Positions 18,883 through 26,918 of a DNA stretch of 55,254 bases are shown here, piece by piece. The stretch covers positions 1 to 55,254 of the forward strand of contig JALNVY010000001.1 in NCBI GenBank assembly GCA_023231165.1, given 5' to 3'. The stretch is from Syntrophales bacterium. Lineage in GTDB: Bacteria; Desulfobacterota; Syntrophia; Syntrophales; UBA8958. Each line of letters starts with the position of its first letter. Within the stretch, counting starts at the first letter, position 1. The notes under the pieces were generated by a model. It made no database searches and was not told the origin of the DNA. It saw nothing but the letters and a program-made list of their open reading frames with translations. The position numbers and the translations under genes were made by a program.

Positions 18883-19611
18883 ATGGAAGACAGAAAAGTA
18901 GCCGTGGTCACCGGCGCGGCCACTGGAATCGGCGCCGCCTGCGCCCGGGCGCTTGCGGCGGAAGGTTTTATGGTCGGGATTCACTACCGTCAAAGCGAAG
19001 AAGCTGCCCAGGCCCTGTTGGCGGAACTGGGTCAGGGCTTCCTCCTCAAGGGGGACCTGACCAGAACCGAGGATATTAACGCCATAGTGGAGCAGATCAG
19101 GGCCATCGCCGGCCAGGTGGATGTCCTCGTTCACAATGCGGGATTCTCCGTGAATATGGATATTAATTCTATGCGTCTGGAGCAGTTCGATGAGCAGCGC
19201 CTCCTGACGAGGGGGGTCTGGTACCTGACGAAGCGGGTTTTACGGCAATTCATGCTCCGCCGGAATCAGGGACGGATCATCAGCATCAGCAGTGTCGTCG
19301 GCCATACGGGCAACGGCGGACAGATCCCCTATACTATGGAGAAGGCTGCCCTCGATGCCTTTACGAAATCTCTGAGCAAGGAATTGGAAGGACGAAACAT
19401 CCTGGTAAACGCCGTGGCCCCCGGATTCATCGCCACGGAGATGACGGCGGTTCTTCCGGAAGAAGTTCAACAGCGGATTCTGGTCAATATTCCCCTGCAA
19501 CGCATGGGGAGGCCGGAAGAGGTGGCGGAGGTCGTGGCCTTCCTCGCCGTCGGTGCGACGTATATTACCGGATCGGTGATTCATGTCAACGGAGGTCTCT
19601 ATGGCGGCTGA
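18883..19611 (+). CDS. fabG: 3-oxoacyl-ACP reductase (SDR, FabG family)
   Basis: Motifs are VVTGAATGIGAA (Rossmann), NAG, and the S...YxxxK context (ISSVVGHTGNGGQIPYTMEKAA). Confidence 0.85.
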   Translation: MEDRKVAVVTGAATGIGAACARALAAEGFMVGIHYRQSEEAAQALLAELGQGFLLKGDLTRTEDINAIVEQIRAIAGQVDVLVHNAGFSVNMDINSMRLEQFDEQRLLTRGVWYLTKRVLRQFMLRRNQGRIISISSVVGHTGNGGQIPYTMEKAALDAFTKSLSKELEGRNILVNAVAPGFIATEMTAVLPEEVQQRILVNIPLQRMGRPEEVAEVVAFLAVGATYITGSVIHVNGGLYGG

Positions 19612-20077
19612 TGCAACCCTGCGCGCCTTGATTTTGAAAGCCGTTCCCCAACAGCCTCCGTTTCGCTTTATCGAGGAAATTCTGGAAATGGACGGGGAGT
19701 GCATCACCGGTGCCTATCGCTTCCGCCGGGATGAATATTTTTATCGCGGTCACTTTCCGGACCGGCCCGTTACCCCGGGCGTGATCCTCATCGAGGCCAT
19801 GGCCCAGACGGGGGTGGTTGCCCACGGTCTGTACCTGTCCATGACTAAGCTGGGGGTGTCCGTCGAAGCGGTGAAGAAGATAACAACCCTGTTTACCTAC
19901 GCCGACGAGGTGGAATTTTTAGGGATCGTCGCCCCGGGGGAGCGGATCATTTTCCGGGGACGGAAAGTCTATTTCCGCCAGGGAAGCCTGAAGGCGTCCG
20001 TCACCGCGGAGCGGGAAGACGGAGAAGTCGTCTGCCGGGGAACCCTGGCCGGTAAAGGGGTGCTTACGGGGCTCTAA
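19601..20077 (+). CDS. FabZ/ApeI-like hot-dog 3-hydroxyacyl-ACP dehydratase
   Basis: The ATG at 19601 overlaps the fabG stop (ATGGCGGCTGA). Motifs are PQQPPFRFIEEI and YRGHFPDRPVTPGVILIEAMAQTG. Confidence 0.75.
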   Translation: MAADATLRALILKAVPQQPPFRFIEEILEMDGECITGAYRFRRDEYFYRGHFPDRPVTPGVILIEAMAQTGVVAHGLYLSMTKLGVSVEAVKKITTLFTYADEVEFLGIVAPGERIIFRGRKVYFRQGSLKASVTAEREDGEVVCRGTLAGKGVLTGL

Positions 20078-20116
20078 GACGCCGAGGAAACAAAACATTT
20101 TGAGGTAAATTTTAAG

Positions 20117-21397
20117 ATGGAAAAAAGAATTGTCATTACGGGCATGGGTGTCGCCGCCCCTAACGCCCACGGACTGGAGGCTTTTACCGAAGCCTTAAGA
20201 GCAGGCCGTTCCGGTATCCGCCACATCCCGGAGTTGGAGAAGATGAACTTTGGCTGTCAGGTCGGAGGGATTCCTGAAAATTTTGAAGCCGTGCGCAAAA
20301 GCTATTTCGATCACGAAAAGCTCATGTCCATAAATGACAACATCGGTTACGCCTCTGTATCGGCCATCGACGCCTGGCGGGATGCAGGATTTGAGGTTCC
20401 TGAGGGCGATGACGATCGGGTACATTGGGATACAGGCGTCATTCTGGGATCTGGAATCGGGGGGATGGACACCATTGCCCGAAGCGTCGTCCCCATGGTG
20501 AACGCGGGCAAAGTTCGACGCATGGGGAGCCGGATCGTAGAACAGGTTATGAACAGCGGTACGAGCGCCCGCATTGCCGGCCTGCTGGCTTTAGGGAATC
20601 AGGTAACGTCCAATTCTTCTGCCTGCTCAACGGGCAATGAAGCAATCATCGATGCCATGTGGAGAATCCGCATGGGGTTGGCGAAACGGATGTTGGCAGG
20701 TGGTTCCGAGGGAGCTTCCCCCTATACCTGGTCCGGATTTGACGCCATGCGGGTGATCTGCCGGAAATTCAATGACCAGCCGGAGCGGGCCTCCCGCCCT
20801 ATGAGCGCCACTGCCAGTGGCTTCGTCCCCGGAGCAGGGGGTGCTGTCCTAGTCCTGGAGGATTTGGAGACGGCAAGGCAGCGGGGGGCCAGGATCTACG
20901 CCGAGGTTGCCGGAGGGGCTGTGAATTGCGGCGGCCAGCGGATGGGAGGGTCCATGACCGCCCCCAATCCCGCGGGGGTGCGACGCTGCATCCAGGACGC
21001 CATCGCCGATGCCGGAATATCACCCATTGATATCCAGGCTATCAATGGCCATTTGACGGCCACCTACGCCGATCCCATGGAGGTGAAAAACTGGTTCGAG
21101 ACCCTGGGGAGGCCGCTCGCTGATTTCCCCTTCATCAACTCGACGAAATCGATGATCGGTCACTGCCTGGGGGCCGCCGGGGCTATTGAATCGGTTGCCG
21201 TCGTTCTTCAGCTTCACCGGGGATTTATTCATCCCTCCGTGAACAGTGAAGATGTCCACCCGGACATTACGGCCTTTGCAGCGAAGATTCCCCAGCAGGC
21301 GATAGACATGCCCGACCTGCGCGTTATAGCCAAGGCCGGTTTCGGTTTCGGCGATGTGAACAGTTGTCTTATCTTCAAGAAATGGGAAGAAAAATGA
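20117..21397 (+). CDS. beta-ketoacyl-ACP synthase I/II family (elongating KS)
   Basis: 426 aa. The Cys-His-His triad lies in the contexts SNSSACSTG, INGHLTAT and MIGHCLGAAG. Confidence 0.85.
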   Translation: MEKRIVITGMGVAAPNAHGLEAFTEALRAGRSGIRHIPELEKMNFGCQVGGIPENFEAVRKSYFDHEKLMSINDNIGYASVSAIDAWRDAGFEVPEGDDDRVHWDTGVILGSGIGGMDTIARSVVPMVNAGKVRRMGSRIVEQVMNSGTSARIAGLLALGNQVTSNSSACSTGNEAIIDAMWRIRMGLAKRMLAGGSEGASPYTWSGFDAMRVICRKFNDQPERASRPMSATASGFVPGAGGAVLVLEDLETARQRGARIYAEVAGGAVNCGGQRMGGSMTAPNPAGVRRCIQDAIADAGISPIDIQAINGHLTATYADPMEVKNWFETLGRPLADFPFINSTKSMIGHCLGAAGAIESVAVVLQLHRGFIHPSVNSEDVHPDITAFAAKIPQQAIDMPDLRVIAKAGFGFGDVNSCLIFKKWEEK

Positions 21398-21520
21398 CGG
21401 CTTCGTAAAAAGTCCGGATGCGGCGTTGCGCTGCATCCTTCGTCCCTGCGGCGTACGCAGAGTACGCCTCAGTCCTCAGGCTTTGCGCGCCTTGCCTGCG
21501 GATCTTTTTACGAAGCCGTC
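21396..21520 (+). mobile_element. 125-bp MITE-like palindromic repeat, copy 1
   Basis: Perfect 17-bp terminal inverted repeats (GACGGCTTCGTAAAAAG...CTTTTTACGAAGCCGTC) and an internal GGCGTAC/GTACGCC hairpin. It aligns end to end with 38602-38725. No coding capacity. Confidence 0.75.
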
Positions 21521-21589
21521 GATGATAGCCAATATTTATGATTTTTAGGGGTTCATTAAAATTAAATCTATAAAGAAGGAGTTTTAAGT

Positions 21590-21835
21590 ATGGAAGAAAA
21601 TAAGATTTTTACGGAGATGATCGAGATCCTGCGGCTGTATGCGAAGGATAAAACCCACCTGGACCAGGCGACGATGGCGACCCACATCCTCGATGACCTC
21701 AAGGTGAATTCGGCCCGCCTCGTGGATGTCATCATCAAGTGCGAGGATGTCTTCGGGATTACGATCGAGGACGATGAGGCTGACAAGATCCGCACGATCG
21801 GCAACGCCGTGGAGTTGATCAAGAAGAAACTATGA
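21590..21835 (+). CDS. acyl carrier protein
   Basis: 81 aa with RBS AAGGAG. The helix-II attachment Ser lies in LDDLKVNSARLVDV, followed by an acidic helix III (ITIEDDEADKI). Confidence 0.8.
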   Translation: MEENKIFTEMIEILRLYAKDKTHLDQATMATHILDDLKVNSARLVDVIIKCEDVFGITIEDDEADKIRTIGNAVELIKKKL

Positions 21836-22671
21836 CCTCTGCGACGGCTTTTCTTCTTCGCCTTCAGTCTGCCTTGGGTTCCCTGAGCTCCTGGCTGCTG
21901 GCGCCCCTGTATTTTCTATTCTTGAGATGGCGGGGCTACGAGATCAGAGACCTGGATAAGATCCGCCGCCAGTGGGCCGGGCTAATGGAGGGTCACAAGG
22001 GGCCGTGGCTGATCTGCGGCAATCATCTTACCCTGATTGACTCCCTGATCATGATCTATGCCCTCATGTCTCTGGGAAGGCACATCACGGAATACAGCCG
22101 GCTCCCATGGAATCTTCCGGAACGCGCCAATTTCCAGCGGAATATTTTCCTGGTGATCCTGTGTTATCTATCGAAATGCATTCCCGTCAGCCGGGGAGGC
22201 GATCGGGAGGAGATGCAGGGGACCCTTGCCAAATGCAACTATCTCTTGAAACATCAGCAGATCCTCATGGTCTTTCCCGAAGGGAGACGATCCCGGTCGG
22301 GGCGTGTCGATACGGAGAATTTCTCTTACGGCGTGGGTCGTTTCCTCCAGGATCATCCGGATTGCCGGGTGCTTTGCGTTTATCTCCGGGGGGACGCCCA
22401 AACATCGTACGGAAATATGCCCAGCCGCGGCGATACATTCACGATAACCTTGGATGCCTTCCTGCCCTGCACGCCCGCCGGGCAGGGATTAAGGGCGCAA
22501 CGGGACCTGGCGGGGCAGATTGTTCACCGCCTGGCCAAAATGGAGGAAGAATACTTTGCCCAGCATCGGCAACGATATTGTAGATTTGACCAGTCCGGAA
22601 AGCATCGGGAAAAGCCGGGACCGGCGCTTCATTGCCCGCGTCTTCACTCCGGAAGAACAGGAACGGATTGA
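21832..22671 (+). CDS. lysophospholipid (PlsC-family) acyltransferase
   Basis: ATGA overlap with the ACP stop. HX4D motif GNHLTLIDS and FPEGRRSRSG motif are present. The last ~38 codons overlap the PPTase ORF and look low-complexity. Confidence 0.75.
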   Translation: MTSATAFLLRLQSALGSLSSWLLAPLYFLFLRWRGYEIRDLDKIRRQWAGLMEGHKGPWLICGNHLTLIDSLIMIYALMSLGRHITEYSRLPWNLPERANFQRNIFLVILCYLSKCIPVSRGGDREEMQGTLAKCNYLLKHQQILMVFPEGRRSRSGRVDTENFSYGVGRFLQDHPDCRVLCVYLRGDAQTSYGNMPSRGDTFTITLDAFLPCTPAGQGLRAQRDLAGQIVHRLAKMEEEYFAQHRQRYCRFDQSGKHREKPGPALHCPRLHSGRTGTD

Positions 22672-23428
22672 TAGATCCGCGTCTCCCGATACCACTCTCT
22701 GGATGTTCTGGGCGGCAAAGGAAGCGGCTTTCAAGGCGGTGAGTAAATTGAAACCGGGACTGAGCTTTATGCACAGGGCGTATGTCGTCACGTCGCCCCT
22801 AAACGAAGATTCCCCAAGGGAAGCCACGATGACTTCCGGGAATTGCCTCTGTTTTCCGACTAGCGCCCATGCCCGGAGCGAGCGTAACGAAGCATTAAAA
22901 TCCCCACTAACCCCTCTTTGTCAAAGGGGGGATGCGGGGGATTTTAATATAAAGGAAAACATCCTTTGTTCCGGTTCCCATCGTGAATCTGATTATCGAA
23001 ACGGTCATGGAAAACCGGCGCCCATCCTTCTGAAGCAAACAAACGGCGATGCGATGTCAATTCAGGAGCGCGGTGTGGTTATGACGCCGGCTGGTCCTGT
23101 GAATGCCTTCTTCACGTTGTCACCCCGCCGCGTCCACTGTGTCGCCGCCGCGAGAAACGGTCATGGCGGCGCCCCGGTGGCTACGGCGGTCCATGTTCGG
23201 GAGGAAAGAAGGGATGGTCCGTTTGATCCGTCCGCAGCCGTACGCCGGGCGGCGATCCATCATCTGGCTTCCGTTCTGAAGGCCTCCCCTTATTATATAG
23301 ACATCCGCCGCGATAAAACGACTCATGGCTACGGGACGCCCCGCGTCTTCATCGAAGGAAGCCGGACGGATATCGACATCAGCCTGAGTCACGACGGCCA
23401 GTATATCGCCTTCGTCGTTCACTATTAG
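22556..23428 (+). CDS. 4'-phosphopantetheinyl transferase superfamily protein (with a long internal insertion)
   Basis: The TTG at 22556 has GGAGG at 22542-22546 (the ORF opens at 22520). Conserved blocks are IGNDIVDL, WAAKEAAFKA and the C-terminal DISLSHDGQYIAF. The middle ~100 aa is unconserved-looking and contains a REP-like hairpin. Confidence 0.65.
   Translation: MPSIGNDIVDLTSPESIGKSRDRRFIARVFTPEEQERIDRSASPDTTLWMFWAAKEAAFKAVSKLKPGLSFMHRAYVVTSPLNEDSPREATMTSGNCLCFPTSAHARSERNEALKSPLTPLCQRGDAGDFNIKENILCSGSHRESDYRNGHGKPAPILLKQTNGDAMSIQERGVVMTPAGPVNAFFTLSPRRVHCVAAARNGHGGAPVATAVHVREERRDGPFDPSAAVRRAAIHHLASVLKASPYYIDIRRDKTTHGYGTPRVFIEGSRTDIDISLSHDGQYIAFVVHY
22911..22940. repeat. REP-like GC hairpin (CCCCTCTTT-GTC-AAAGGGGGG ATGCGGGGG) inside the PPTase ORF
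   Basis: 9-bp stem (one G-T pair) plus a G-rich tail. It is translated in frame as PLTPLCQRGDAGDF. Confidence 0.45.
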
Positions 23429-23540
23429 AGGCTATCGACGGGAAAAGTTCGCAATTACGAATTAACCTATTTAACTATATAATTTTATTCGTAAATATAA
23501 AGAACAGTTTTCGGTTTTCGGACCGGCAGCCCGAAAAGCA

Positions 23541-23855
23541 TCACATGTCAAAGGGCTGGAGGATGCGGATTCTCATCCCCACCACGAAGGTCTTGACCGC
23601 TTCCCGGTAAATTTTCATATGCGGGGTGACCAGGTGTTCCTTCAAGGCCGGAAGATCGGACCAGCGTTCAATAATAGTCACGGCATTTTTGCTGATCGGT
23701 TCCTGGACGGGGATGTCCGTGGGCACGTCGAAAGCCGGACCGTATTCAAGGCATCCCGCTTCGGCGCGCACCTTGGGAATAAGTTTCTTGAATTCATCCA
23801 GATAATCGTCACGCCTGCCGTCGGCCAGCTCTAATGTTGCAATCACATAGATCAT
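23541..23855 (-). CDS. antibiotic-biosynthesis-monooxygenase (ABM/YgiN-like) domain protein
   Basis: 104 aa. MIYVIATLELADGRRDDYLDEFKKLIPKVRAEAGCLEY...IIERWSDLPALKEHLVTPHM fits the ABM ferredoxin-like fold pattern. Confidence 0.7.
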   Translation of the reverse strand: MIYVIATLELADGRRDDYLDEFKKLIPKVRAEAGCLEYGPAFDVPTDIPVQEPISKNAVTIIERWSDLPALKEHLVTPHMKIYREAVKTFVVGMRIRILQPFDM

Positions 23856-23904
23856 ATTTCTCCTCCTTGCTGGTCCTACTGTGACGAGGCGATTGAACCG
23901 TTCA

Positions 23905-26259
23905 CTACTGAGCGAGGTGGTAGTACCGGTTCAAATCGAACAGTCCTGCATCTACCGGTTCATCCTCATAGAATCGCTGTTGAAACCAGTCATATACATC
24001 CCAGAGCCGGTCCTCCGCCCTGTTGACGCCGTACTTGGCCAGTCGCTCATAATCTCTCGGGCTTTTCTCAAAATGGGCAAGGAGATCAAAAAAGTCGGGC
24101 AGGTCCTCTTCACGGATATCAATAAAGTAGTTTGGATAGGATCCGATGAGGCCGTGAATAAAATCCGCGCTGTCCTTTGATGGATCGAGAGCGTTCTTTT
24201 CACCGAATAAATAGGTAACATTGTTATGCCAACGATTGATCACGATGGAGATCGCAAGCTCTTTTCCATTTTTCAGGCGGATCCTCATGTAGGCGACATT
24301 TACATTGTAATCATTGAGCACTGAGAAAAATGGCGTGCCGGGTTTGGAAGCAGCGCGAAAAGCCTTGAGGTAGTCATCCTTTGTTTCGTACTTTTCCGGC
24401 CATCTTTGATAGTCAACTCCCGCCCGCTCATAGTTCACGGCATCAAAAGTGATATTTGTTACAGGTAGAATATGTTTGTTCACAATATGTTCGACGAACT
24501 CACGCTTCGGCTCGTCCGTCACGAAGGAAATTTTTGTCGGCAGGGCGGAAGAATAGTAATGAATCTTTTTGAGATCAACCCCCTTATACCACGATTGCAT
24601 GATCTCCTGTCGTTTTGACACGGGCAGAAAATCCAGGAAGTAACTTTCGCCTTCAACACGGAGCGCATCCATGTAAAGACGTAGCGCCAACTGGTGGCCG
24701 GCCGTGCCGTACACGTCAAATCCGGCAACAAGGGCATAATAGATGCGTTCAAGGAGGGGATAGTCTACAACCCACATCGTTTTCGGCAGATTTCCCAACA
24801 CCCCCTTATGGACGGATGCGTTGTCAAAATGGCGATAAACGGTAAGCAACGGCGTATCCGCGGCCCTGTTTCCCTTCCAGACGGATTCATAGCCGAGACC
24901 GGCGTAGTTATGTGATGTGTAATAGTCTTGCCGGGCTTGATAAAACTCAACGGCGGCCTTTTTATATTCATCAGTCAGCGCCTCAAAGACGCGCATGTCA
25001 CTGCCGACCTCGATCGGCATGCGCAGTTTGTCGCTGTGCAACTTCAGAAAGGCCGGATATGCCACGCTCAGATCGTGATCAGGATCCAGGAACATGACCC
25101 AGAAATGATCATTGATCACATTGAGAGCGACTTGACCTTTACAGACCGGACCGTGGATGAAGGTCATGATGATATAATGCACGTTGTCCAGCAGGAACTG
25201 GTAGCGCGAACGCGGGGGAATCTGTTCAAATGCGACAAAAGGATTGGCGCTCAGTTTCGCGTCGTACCCTACCCTATGTGGGGGCTGCAACCATTCCGGC
25301 TGGATAAAAAGCTCCTTGAAGCGATGCAGTTGGGCGGCATCAAGGTAAAATACCATATGGGTCTTATGGACGATCGTGGAGTGGATCTTTCTGAACCGAT
25401 AGTAGACCCGCTCAACACCGGGGTCATCATAGGGGCGCACGGTGGCGATCAGATCAAGGGGCTCTCCGGGCGCGGTCTTCGAGCGGACCAGTTCATAGTA
25501 TTCACGGGTCGGCGTGCCGAATTTAAGATGGGCCAGGAACAGATGCTCATAGATATAGCGCGCGGTCATGGCATGCTTGGCGTCGTCCTGGTTAAAAAAC
25601 GCTTCCCACTGTTTTATTTCAAGAGCATCGCTTGCTTTTGGTGTGGTCAGCATCGTCTGCTCTGTGGTATCAGGCCCCTTCGCGCCCTGAACCAGCCAGC
25701 CCGCAACGATATCGAATTCTTCCTGCTTGAGCGGAGGAAACCCGAAGGGCATGCCGCGGTTCGGGTGTTTTTCCAGGTACCCTCCGAGTTCATCCTGGTT
25801 TCCGGCACAGGTCAGATCGTCGGCTTCAGGCCTGTACTCCCCGACGCTTTTCGGGTTTTTCATCTTGTGGGAAAGGAGCTCGATCATGATGGAGTCGTTC
25901 GACCCGCCTGACGCTTTGCTGTCGGTAACGCTGAAAAATTCTTTCTGGCGCCACTCCTGGGTCGATTGGGCATCCGTGAAGAGGCGTGTTGGATCCATGG
26001 ATTTTAGTCGGGTGGCATTGTAAACCGCCCTTTTCGTGGCGCCGCGGTCCGCACCCTCAAAAGAGTCGAGTTTGAGCTGGCAGGGGGAATTATAGCAGGA
26101 ATGGCAAACCACACAGCGTTTGTCGAGAACTGGTTTTACTTCTTTCTGATAATCGATATGTTTCGTCGGAATCTGGAAAACCACCGGCACCGGCGCTTTC
26201 GCAGCACATGCAACAAAGAGCCCGACCATTGCCAAAACAAACGCTATCGTATGCCTCAT
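23905..26259 (-). CDS. cti: fatty acid cis/trans isomerase (heme-c)
   Basis: 784 aa with a signal peptide and possible lipobox (LFVAC). The CVVCH motif (nt 26101-26115) is followed by CYNSPCQLKLDSFEGADRGA, as in the Pseudomonas Cti N-terminus. Length matches the CTI family. Confidence 0.85.
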   Translation of the reverse strand: MRHTIAFVLAMVGLFVACAAKAPVPVVFQIPTKHIDYQKEVKPVLDKRCVVCHSCYNSPCQLKLDSFEGADRGATKRAVYNATRLKSMDPTRLFTDAQSTQEWRQKEFFSVTDSKASGGSNDSIMIELLSHKMKNPKSVGEYRPEADDLTCAGNQDELGGYLEKHPNRGMPFGFPPLKQEEFDIVAGWLVQGAKGPDTTEQTMLTTPKASDALEIKQWEAFFNQDDAKHAMTARYIYEHLFLAHLKFGTPTREYYELVRSKTAPGEPLDLIATVRPYDDPGVERVYYRFRKIHSTIVHKTHMVFYLDAAQLHRFKELFIQPEWLQPPHRVGYDAKLSANPFVAFEQIPPRSRYQFLLDNVHYIIMTFIHGPVCKGQVALNVINDHFWVMFLDPDHDLSVAYPAFLKLHSDKLRMPIEVGSDMRVFEALTDEYKKAAVEFYQARQDYYTSHNYAGLGYESVWKGNRAADTPLLTVYRHFDNASVHKGVLGNLPKTMWVVDYPLLERIYYALVAGFDVYGTAGHQLALRLYMDALRVEGESYFLDFLPVSKRQEIMQSWYKGVDLKKIHYYSSALPTKISFVTDEPKREFVEHIVNKHILPVTNITFDAVNYERAGVDYQRWPEKYETKDDYLKAFRAASKPGTPFFSVLNDYNVNVAYMRIRLKNGKELAISIVINRWHNNVTYLFGEKNALDPSKDSADFIHGLIGSYPNYFIDIREEDLPDFFDLLAHFEKSPRDYERLAKYGVNRAEDRLWDVYDWFQQRFYEDEPVDAGLFDLNRYYHLAQ

Positions 26260-26397
26260 GGATTACTCCTCCTGAAGTCGGAAAGGCATCTCCGGGACAG
26301 TGTACCTAAACGAAAGATGGTTTTTTGACTTCACCTACCTATGCATAACATAACCCGATACTATTTGTTATTGATTTTAGCGAATAAATGAGGTCTG

Positions 26398-26871
26398 TCA
26401 GGCCGATCCGCTGTTGACTTGATAGGTCACATGGGATCCTTCGCCCAGCGAGCGGGCCAGGGTTATGAAATGATCGGGCAGGGGAATGTCCCGTTCCGTG
26501 ATCAAAATGCCAAGATCTCTGGCTTGAGCGAGCATGACGGGATTGTCTAAACCTTCTTGGCTGTCACAGAGAAACTGGACACGCAGGGCGTCCGTCAAGG
26601 GGATTATTAGTTCGGGAAAGTCATCGGCAGTCCTCTTCATTTCTTCCTCAATGAGGGGCCGATTATTGATTGCAAAGGATAAAAAGGGCTCTTCACGATT
26701 CGGTGTACAGAACAGCTCATTAATCATGGCGCCGGTCAGTTGATTGATAAAGGTTCGCTCCTGATGGGGGTAGCGTTCGGCTAATCCGTCTCTCACGGCT
26801 TTGAAGAGGACCATCTTGATGATATTAATTCCTTCTCTCAAGATGGGGATCAGTCTGTTTTCCAGCGTCAT
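26398..26871 (-). CDS. hypothetical protein
   Basis: 157-aa ORF immediately downstream of, and on the same strand as, the ychF-like gene. No family recognised. Confidence 0.5.
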   Translation of the reverse strand: MTLENRLIPILREGINIIKMVLFKAVRDGLAERYPHQERTFINQLTGAMINELFCTPNREEPFLSFAINNRPLIEEEMKRTADDFPELIIPLTDALRVQFLCDSQEGLDNPVMLAQARDLGILITERDIPLPDHFITLARSLGEGSHVTYQVNSGSA

Positions 26872-26918
26872 CAGGGCGCCTCCCTTATTTTTTATATGAA
26901 CAATTTCAACTATTTACG

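Noticed and set aside
22107-22583. Alternative-frame 158-aa ORF within the acyltransferase gene.
   Set aside because: The same-strand frame carrying the HX4D and FPEGRRS motifs explains the region. The alternative-frame product is Arg/Pro/Gly-rich nonsense.
24928-25911. Plus-strand 327-aa ORF inside cti.
   Set aside because: It is antisense to the 784-aa Cti ORF, which has a signal peptide, a CVVCH motif and family-typical length.
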